A DNA stretch of 64,000 nt, taken from the NCBI GenBank assembly GCA_942491525.1, contig CALOBW010000055.1, positions 136,106 to 200,105 of the forward strand, written 5' to 3'. The translations under genes and the position numbers were made by a program. Below the pieces are notes generated by a model that was given only the letters and a program-made list of their open reading frames with translations, searched no databases and was not told the DNA's origin. Source of the DNA: an uncultured Thermodesulfobacteriota bacterium (lineage in GTDB: Bacteria; Desulfobacterota; Desulfomonilia; UBA1062). Every line of letters starts with the position of its first letter. Position 1 is the stretch's first letter. Below, in pieces: positions 58,378-64,000 of the stretch.

Positions 58378-59409
58378 TTGGTTAATATGTCGCATAAATC
58401 TAAAAATTCAGTCATTCAGGAGTGGCGCGGCATTGCCGTGCTGCTGGTGTTTTTTTCGCACATCTACTCCAGTGCGGCCGAGTCGGCCGGCTGGCTGAGC
58501 GTTGACGCGCAGCTGGGCGCCGCCATGATCAACATGGGCGCCGTGGGCGTGCATCTCTTCTTCATGCTGAGCGGCTACTTCGTGCTGAAGAGTCTGCAGG
58601 GTTCGAAATCTCTCTGGCACTACATGAAGAAGCGCCTGGCGCGCATCTATCCGCTCTTCGTCATCCTGACGCTGTGCGTCTTCGCCTTCGGGCCCCTGAT
58701 CCATTCGCCCAAGTGGATGGCCGGGCTGACGCCCGCCAGCTACCTGCTCAACCTTATCAGCAACCTGCTGCTGCTGCCGGGCATCTTCGAGCTGCCCATT
58801 GCCCAGCCGGTGACCTGGGCCATCAGCTACATCTTCGCCTTCTACATCCTGGCCGGCTCGATCTACTTCAGCTATCAGAAGATCCGCGACTACAGCTGGG
58901 CCTATCTGCCGCTCTGTCTGGCGATCGTGCTGACGGCGCTCTTTATGACCGTCCACCCGCGGGCCATCTTCTTTATCTTTGGGGTGGCCATCTACCTCTT
59001 CAATCAGCAGCTGCCGCCGCATTTTAACATCAGGGCGGCCGTGCTGCTGGAAATTGCCCTGCTGGCCGGCTGGATCGCCAAGGTGCCGTCGGCCGGTTCG
59101 CTGCTGGGCTGGGGCTTCGGCATCCTGCTCTTCACCTTGGCCACGCGCCGCGAGCGCGCGCTGCCGCTCAGCCGCGGCCGGCTGGAGTTGATCGGCGACA
59201 TGGGCTTCAGCATCTACCTGGTGCACCCCTTCATCATGACTCCCCTGGGCAAGCTCTGGGGCAAGCTGGTCTTTGATAACCCCTGGTTGGGGCTGGCGGC
59301 CTTTACGCTGGTGGCCTTCACGCTGACCATGCTGGTGGCCTTTGGCGCCTACCGGCTGATCGAGCAGCGCTTCACCGAACGCTATCTGCAGCGCTTCCTA
59401 AATGCTTGA
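58378..59409 (+). CDS. acyltransferase family 3 membrane O-acyltransferase, tandem paralog of the preceding gene
   Basis: WRGIAVLLVFFSH. Shares LLLLPGIFELPIAQPVTW with LLFLPGIFDLPIAQPVTW of the upstream paralog. Confidence 0.8.
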   Translation: MVNMSHKSKNSVIQEWRGIAVLLVFFSHIYSSAAESAGWLSVDAQLGAAMINMGAVGVHLFFMLSGYFVLKSLQGSKSLWHYMKKRLARIYPLFVILTLCVFAFGPLIHSPKWMAGLTPASYLLNLISNLLLLPGIFELPIAQPVTWAISYIFAFYILAGSIYFSYQKIRDYSWAYLPLCLAIVLTALFMTVHPRAIFFIFGVAIYLFNQQLPPHFNIRAAVLLEIALLAGWIAKVPSAGSLLGWGFGILLFTLATRRERALPLSRGRLELIGDMGFSIYLVHPFIMTPLGKLWGKLVFDNPWLGLAAFTLVAFTLTMLVAFGAYRLIEQRFTERYLQRFLNA

Positions 59410-59425
59410 CGAAAAGGGTCTGGCG

Positions 59426-59869
59426 ATGTTAGATGCGACAACGTACATGCAGTTGGCACTCGAAGAGGCTGAACGGGCCGCCGAGTGCGGCGAGGTTCCG
59501 GTGGGAGCCGTGCTGGTGATGGGAGATCAGATCTTCCGCGGTCATAACCGTATGATCATGGATAGTGATCCCAGCGCCCATGCCGAGGTTGTGGTCATGC
59601 GCGCGGCCGCTCACGAGACGGGCAACTACCGTCTGCTGGGTGGGGTGCTCTATGTGACCCTGGAACCCTGCATCATGTGCACCGGCACGATTGTGCAGGC
59701 CAGAATTGAGCGGCTTGTCTACGGTGCCAGCGACCCGCGTTACGGCGCGGTTGAATCAATGCTCAAAACCTTTGAGTTCGGCGTCAATCATAAGCCGGAG
59801 ATCGAAGGCGGAGTACTTGGGGAAGAGGCTGGTCGAATCCTCAAGCAGTTTTTCAAGGCCAGACGTTAG
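59426..59869 (+). CDS. tadA: tRNA-specific adenosine(34) deaminase
   Basis: CMP/dCMP deaminase zinc motifs HAEVVVMR and TLEPCIMCTG. Start chosen at ATG 59426 (ORF-track start 59402 overlaps upstream gene). Confidence 0.85.
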   Translation: MLDATTYMQLALEEAERAAECGEVPVGAVLVMGDQIFRGHNRMIMDSDPSAHAEVVVMRAAAHETGNYRLLGGVLYVTLEPCIMCTGTIVQARIERLVYGASDPRYGAVESMLKTFEFGVNHKPEIEGGVLGEEAGRILKQFFKARR

Positions 59870-59962
59870 GGAGGAGTACCGAAGTGGTCGTAACGGGGCC
59901 GACTCGAAATCGGTTGTCCTTAGAAATAGGGACCGGGGGTTCGAATCCCTCCTCCTCCGCCA
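59870..59962 (+). tRNA. tRNA-Ser (anticodon CGA), class II with long variable arm
   Basis: Acceptor GGAGGAG/CTCCTCC, anticodon loop CTCGAAA, TTCGAAT T-loop, 3' GCCA. Starts 1 nt after tadA stop. Confidence 0.85.
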
Positions 59963-60065
59963 TTTCTTTAATTTAATATTATGTAGTTGTTCTAAGATAT
60001 GCGTGTTGGATGTGAGTGCAAGGCATGTGTATTTTTGTAGTTTAATGATTGCGAGTAGGTGAAAA

Positions 60066-60848
60066 ATGAAACCAAGAGAGCTCGTTCTAATTTCAATTTT
60101 AATACTCCTAATTCCATTTGCATTGTATTTTTGGATGGGTGGCAATGGGGTTGGTGATTTAGGGTCATTGTTAGGTGCAGCGTCTGGATTATTGGCGGTA
60201 ATTTGGTTCTATCGTAGCCTACGCCTTCAATCTATTCAGATAAAAGAACAAAAAGAACAGTTTATTAAACAACATCATATTCAACTTCAAGATTCGCTTC
60301 TTACTTTTTTGGACAAATCCTCTGAACGAATGGAAGAGTATCATTCGGATCTGATCAAGTCTTTGGGTATTTCCGAACCTTCACATTTAGTCGGCACATA
60401 TATTGACAACGTTCAGTATTTTAAAGACGCACTTGAAAGCACTGACCCCGAGGAGGTCATGTCCAAATTCCAATCATGGATGAAGATAGAAGGGCCTTGT
60501 GTGAAGTTCATGTCTGCTGTTCGGGATATAATTATTCTTCACGACAAACGGCTAGGAATTAGCAAGGATTCTGACGGAGTAGATCCAGCAGATTTTGTCT
60601 TTATAAATGGTGCACATCTCATGGAGCAGCCCTTTATGTCTGCCTATCAAGTCTCAGTAAATTTATTGTCTGAACAGATGATGTTAATAACTCCGGGAAG
60701 GAATGCCATGATACTTGCTTCAATGGCGGCTGCGGCGCAAATCTATCCTGAGGGTTATATGAAAACAGATAAGATTATTGAGGATATTAAAAAAGCCAAG
60801 TCCAATGGTTTATTGGTACCCAGAATATGTGATGTGCTATATTGCTAA
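60066..60848 (+). CDS. hypothetical membrane-anchored protein (two N-terminal TM helices) in low-GC islet
   Basis: 260 aa, AT-rich coding sequence unlike flanking high-GC DNA. N-terminus LVLISILILLIPFALYFWMGG...LLAVIWFY. No recognised domain. Confidence 0.5.
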   Translation: MKPRELVLISILILLIPFALYFWMGGNGVGDLGSLLGAASGLLAVIWFYRSLRLQSIQIKEQKEQFIKQHHIQLQDSLLTFLDKSSERMEEYHSDLIKSLGISEPSHLVGTYIDNVQYFKDALESTDPEEVMSKFQSWMKIEGPCVKFMSAVRDIIILHDKRLGISKDSDGVDPADFVFINGAHLMEQPFMSAYQVSVNLLSEQMMLITPGRNAMILASMAAAAQIYPEGYMKTDKIIEDIKKAKSNGLLVPRICDVLYC

Positions 60849-61005
60849 TCGGGATTTTGCGTAATCCGAGAGTCATGTCTTGCATTCAGCCATACCTCGC
60901 ACTAGCAAGCTGCACTAATCTAGTGGCACTCCAATCTTCAGCTCATAGAACGCCTCTTAATGAAAACCCCCATAACATCCGATAATTACCTGCAAGATAA
61001 TCAAA

Positions 61006-62202
61006 TTGAACTTAGAGGAGGCAATCATGGAAGTTAAGGTAGAGCGTTGGAAGAGTGAAAGAGCCTGGTTTGCGCTTGTTTTAGTTATCTCGCTGGTTTT
61101 ATGGGGTCTGCTGACCATATCGGTGGTGGGACTTGTCTATGCGCTGATGATTGCCCTCTTCTTTGTGATCTCGCATATCGCCTTCATTGCCCATATCCGC
61201 GGCAGCGCCGTGCGTATAAGCGAGACCCAGTTCCCGGAGCTCCATGAGCGCATTCGGCAGCTGTCGCAGGCGGCGGGGCTGGCGAAGGCTCCTGAGGCTT
61301 ATATCATGCAGGCCGGCGGCTCTCTGAATGCGCTGGCGACCAAGCTCTTCGGTTCAAAGTTCATCATTCTCTACTCCGACCTGCTGGAGGCCTGCGGCGA
61401 TAATGACGCGGCGCGCGACATGATCATCGGCCATGAGCTGGGTCACATCAAGGCCGGCCATCTGCGCATGCTCTGGCTGCTGCTGCCGGGGCTCTTCTTC
61501 CCCTTTGTGGGGTCGGCCTATTCGCGGGCGCGTGAATTTACCTGTGACCGTTATGGCGCGGCCCTGTGCGGCGATCAGAAGGCGGCCCTGCAGGGCCTGG
61601 CCATTCTGTCGGCCGGCGCCCAGTACGGACCCAAGGTCAACATGGAGGCCTTTATGGCCCAGCGCCATGATCTGAACAGCGGTCTGATGACCATCGGCAA
61701 GTGGTTTGGTAGCCATCCGCCGCTGAGCGAGCGGGTGGCGGCCCTGGAACCCGCTGCGGCCAGTGTCTCGCTGACCAAGGGGCATCTGCGGGCCGCGCTG
61801 GTGCTTTTCATCCTGTTTGTGATGCCGGCCGTTGCGGCTGCCGTGGGCTGGAACTCCTTTAAGGGCATGCTGGATGAGGCGGCGGACTTTGATGGGGGCT
61901 ATCAGATGCAGCTGAGCGCCGAGGAGGCCCAGCTGAAGGTTGTTTCAGACCTGGATCTTCTGGTTGCGCTGGTTGCTGAGATTCAGGCGCAGAGCGGCCA
62001 GCTGCCGGATGATGAGAATGAGACGCTCTCGGCTCTCTGGCGGACGCATCGCGCGGAGATGGCTGAGCCCCTGGATCCGTTCGACGGCCAGCCCTATGGC
62101 TATTATCTGGTGGAGGGGGGCTATGTCATCTGGAGCATCGGCCCGGATGGTGAAGTCTACACGGATGATGACATTATTTATGATTCGACCAAGGTTGAGT
62201 AA
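61006..62202 (+). CDS. M48-family (HtpX/Ste24-like) zinc metalloprotease fused to a C-terminal type II secretion pseudopilin-like domain
   Basis: IIGHELGHIKAGH HExxH motif after two N-terminal TM. C-terminus DPFDGQPYGYYLVEGGYVIWSIGPDGEVYTDDDIIYD resembles GspG/pilin C-terminal DPWG...SxGxDG...DDI motif. Confidence 0.6.
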   Translation: MNLEEAIMEVKVERWKSERAWFALVLVISLVLWGLLTISVVGLVYALMIALFFVISHIAFIAHIRGSAVRISETQFPELHERIRQLSQAAGLAKAPEAYIMQAGGSLNALATKLFGSKFIILYSDLLEACGDNDAARDMIIGHELGHIKAGHLRMLWLLLPGLFFPFVGSAYSRAREFTCDRYGAALCGDQKAALQGLAILSAGAQYGPKVNMEAFMAQRHDLNSGLMTIGKWFGSHPPLSERVAALEPAAASVSLTKGHLRAALVLFILFVMPAVAAAVGWNSFKGMLDEAADFDGGYQMQLSAEEAQLKVVSDLDLLVALVAEIQAQSGQLPDDENETLSALWRTHRAEMAEPLDPFDGQPYGYYLVEGGYVIWSIGPDGEVYTDDDIIYDSTKVE

Positions 62203-62251
62203 TGCTTGACAAGCTAAAGTGTCCCAGCTATTACGGAAAAGCTTTTAGTGT

Positions 62252-62341
<90 letters not shown>

Positions 62342-62355
62342 AAGATTTTCACGAA

Positions 62356-62475
62356 GGCCCTGAAGGGGGCCGGGTCTCATGCAATACAGCGCTGTGAACT
62401 CCGCCAGGCCCGGGAGGGAGCAACGGTAAGCAGTCCGCTGTATGTGTATGTTAAGGCCTGGCCCCCTTCAGGGCC
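62356..62475 (+). ncRNA. ffs: signal recognition particle RNA (small/4.5S-type SRP RNA)
   Basis: Terminal helix GGCCCUGAAGGGGGCC...GGCCUGGCCCCCUUCAGGGCC encloses the conserved domain IV core CAGGCCCGGGAGGGAGCAACGGUAAGCAG. Followed by a U-tract. Classic location just upstream of dnaX. Confidence 0.7.
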
Positions 62476-62538
62476 TTTCTTTGTGGAGCTCAATTTTACT
62501 CTTGATCCTGCCCCGGTTCTCAGTGCTATGATGCGGCC

Positions 62539-64000
62539 ATGAGTTATCAGGTAATTGCGCGAAAATTCAGGCCTCAGAGATTTGAAGATGTTGTCGGGCA
62601 GGAGCATGTCACCCGCGTCATCAAGAACGCCATCGACATGGACCGCATCCCGCACGCCTTCGTCTTTTCGGGCCCGCGCGGTGTCGGCAAGACTTCGATC
62701 GCGCGCATTCTGGCCAAGGCCCTCAGCTGCGCCGAGGGGCTCTCAAGCGTGCCCTGTAACAGCTGCGCCATCTGTGAGGATATCACGGCCAGCCGCGCCG
62801 TGGATGTCTTTGAGATCGACGCCGCCTCGCACACCGGCGTCGACAACATCCGTGAACTGATCGAGAATGCGCGCTACGCCCCGAGTGTGGCGCGCTACAA
62901 GACCTTCATCATCGATGAGGTCCATATGCTCTCCAAGAGCGCCTTCAACGCCCTGCTCAAGACCCTGGAGGAGCCGCCGCCGCATGTGATCTTCATCATG
63001 GCCACTACCGAGCTCAACAAGATCCCGGTGACCGTGCTCTCGCGCTGCCAGCGCTACGACTTCAGGCGCATCGGCGTCGATGAGATCGTTAAGCACCTGC
63101 AGAGCATCGCGACGCAGGAGCAGATCGATATCAGCGATGACGCTTTGATGCTGATCGCCCTGCAGGCCGACGGCGGCATGCGCGATGCCCAGGGTATGCT
63201 GGAACGGGTCGCGGCCAGCGGTGTGGCCAAGGTTGATGTGGATGTGATCTCCGAGATGCTCGGCATGGTCGGCCGCACCATCATGCGCGATCTGCTGGTC
63301 AGCATCATGAGTAAGGATGCGGTAGGCGCCCTGAGCGTGATCGACAGGGTCTACCAGTACGGCCACGATCTGGCGCAGGTCTACCGCTCGTTGCTGGAGC
63401 AGTTCCGCAACATGATGGTGCTCAAGAGCGGCTATCAGAGCGTGGCCCTGCCCAAGGATGAGAAAGATTTTCTGAGCGATCTGATCAAGGAGATCTCCTT
63501 TGAGGATATTCATCGCTCCCTGAGTGTGCTGATCCGGGCCGAGGAGGACTTTAAGTACTCGTCCCTGCCCAAGATCACCCTTGAGACCATCGTCCTGCGC
63601 ATCATTGCGGCGCCGGCCCTGGCTGATATCCGCGAGCTGCTGCAGAATCCCGGTGCGCGCAGCAGTGCTGCGCCCAGCCCGCCCAAGCGGCCACCGACTT
63701 TTAAGCGGCCCCTTTCGGATCTGCCCAAGTCCTGGGAGGGGTTTATAACTTATCTTAAGGGGCATGATCAGCCGCTCTATGCGCTGCTCTCCAAGACCAA
63801 CCTGGCCGAGGAGGGCGACGGTGCGGTCAAGATATTTGCCTCCGGCAGATTTCTGGCCGATCAGCTGAATGCCGCCCAGTCCGACATGCTCAAGAAGGCC
63901 AGCGCCTTTTTCGGCAAAGAGGTGCGGGTTGAGGTTGAGGTTCTGAGCTCCGGCAGTCAGGCCGTCCGCAAGCCCCGGCCGTCTGAGGTTCGCCATCAGC
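62539..64000 (+). CDS. dnaX: DNA polymerase III subunit gamma/tau, 3' end beyond window
   Basis: MSYQVIARKFRPQRFEDVVGQEHV...FSGPRGVGKTSIARILAKAL Walker A, CxxC zinc module, FIIDEVHMLS Walker B. Open frame to window end. Not in ORF track because no stop. Confidence 0.9.
   Translation, partial: MSYQVIARKFRPQRFEDVVGQEHVTRVIKNAIDMDRIPHAFVFSGPRGVGKTSIARILAKALSCAEGLSSVPCNSCAICEDITASRAVDVFEIDAASHTGVDNIRELIENARYAPSVARYKTFIIDEVHMLSKSAFNALLKTLEEPPPHVIFIMATTELNKIPVTVLSRCQRYDFRRIGVDEIVKHLQSIATQEQIDISDDALMLIALQADGGMRDAQGMLERVAASGVAKVDVDVISEMLGMVGRTIMRDLLVSIMSKDAVGALSVIDRVYQYGHDLAQVYRSLLEQFRNMMVLKSGYQSVALPKDEKDFLSDLIKEISFEDIHRSLSVLIRAEEDFKYSSLPKITLETIVLRIIAAPALADIRELLQNPGARSSAAPSPPKRPPTFKRPLSDLPKSWEGFITYLKGHDQPLYALLSKTNLAEEGDGAVKIFASGRFLADQLNAAQSDMLKKASAFFGKEVRVEVEVLSSGSQAVRKPRPSEVRHQ

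Noticed and set aside
51913-59226. Multiple long minus-strand and alternative-frame ORFs in the high-GC segment (e.g. 51913..52791, 53827..54432, 55145..55825, 57575..58198, 58408..59226, and + frame 53036..53410)
   Set aside because: All overlap well-supported + strand genes (WbaP, MBOAT, DltD-like, Acyl_transf_3). They are Arg/Ala/Pro/Gly-rich low-complexity translations characteristic of spurious ORFs in about 65% GC DNA.
60849-60880. Possible hairpin (tcgggatt...aatccgag) after the islet ORF as a terminator
   Set aside because: Imperfect 7-8 bp stem with no following U-tract. Too weak to call.
62743-63996. 417-aa minus-strand ORF
   Set aside because: Lies entirely antisense to dnaX, whose + frame has unmistakable clamp-loader motifs. 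It is a shadow ORF.

Overview
This window is almost entirely one very large cell-surface polysaccharide (O-antigen / capsule type) biosynthesis locus, followed by housekeeping genes at the right end. Its base composition is strikingly two-part. Positions 1 to about 47.5 kb are AT-rich: hand counts of sample 60-mers give 25-50% GC. The remainder (about 47.5-64 kb) is GC-rich, 55-68% GC. The GC-rich end holds the housekeeping genes tadA, two tRNA-Ser, an unannotated SRP RNA (ffs) and dnaX, which argues that the host genome is high-GC. I infer that the left ~47 kb is a horizontally acquired, probably mosaic glycan gene block fused onto a native high-GC polysaccharide and O-acylation cluster. From 5328 to 59869 about 49 genes run head-to-tail on the + strand with overlapping or near-zero spacers. 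The low-GC block encodes the following. (1) A Wzm/Wzt ABC exporter, whose Wzt carries a C-terminal carbohydrate-binding extension. (2) A nonulosonic-acid pathway of the legionaminic type: a LegB-like dehydratase, a LegC-like aminotransferase, a NeuD/PglD-like N-acetyltransferase, a NeuB-family synthase, a CBS-nucleotidyltransferase, an SDR oxidoreductase, and a cytidylyltransferase. (3) A module resembling polyprenyl-phosphate-sugar dependent periplasmic glycosylation: an ArnC/GtrB-like GT2, a small 4-TM flippase-like protein, an aminotransferase, an acyltransferase, and a large GT-C-like membrane protein. (4) Five SAM-dependent methyltransferases, three of them with an N-terminal Cys4 zinc ribbon. 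(5) Asparagine synthase, glycosyltransferases, Wzx-like and Wzy/ligase-like membrane proteins. (6) A Pseudomonas wbp-like set for di-N-acetylated hexuronic acid and related sugars (WbpE-like, a fused WbpB-WbpD, WecB, a WbuB-like GT4, WbpL/WecA, WbpM). The high-GC part adds three GT2s, a WcaB-like acetyltransferase, a WbaP-like initiating transferase, an MBOAT plus a DltD-like partner, a GT-C (ArnT/PMT-like), and two tandem paralogous family-3 acyltransferases. Other notable items are a 24-bp inverted repeat pair bracketing a 2.6-kb two-gene segment, a low-GC single-gene islet between the two tRNA-Ser genes, and an M48-like protease with a pseudopilin-like tail. There is no CRISPR, integrase, transposase or obvious phage gene. 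The most novel candidate is the composite locus itself: a low-GC graft combining a nonulosonate pathway missing the expected 2-epimerase, a putative periplasmic glycosylation module, and a methyltransferase-rich capping system. All product calls come from reading motifs in the ORF translations and should be confirmed by database searches.
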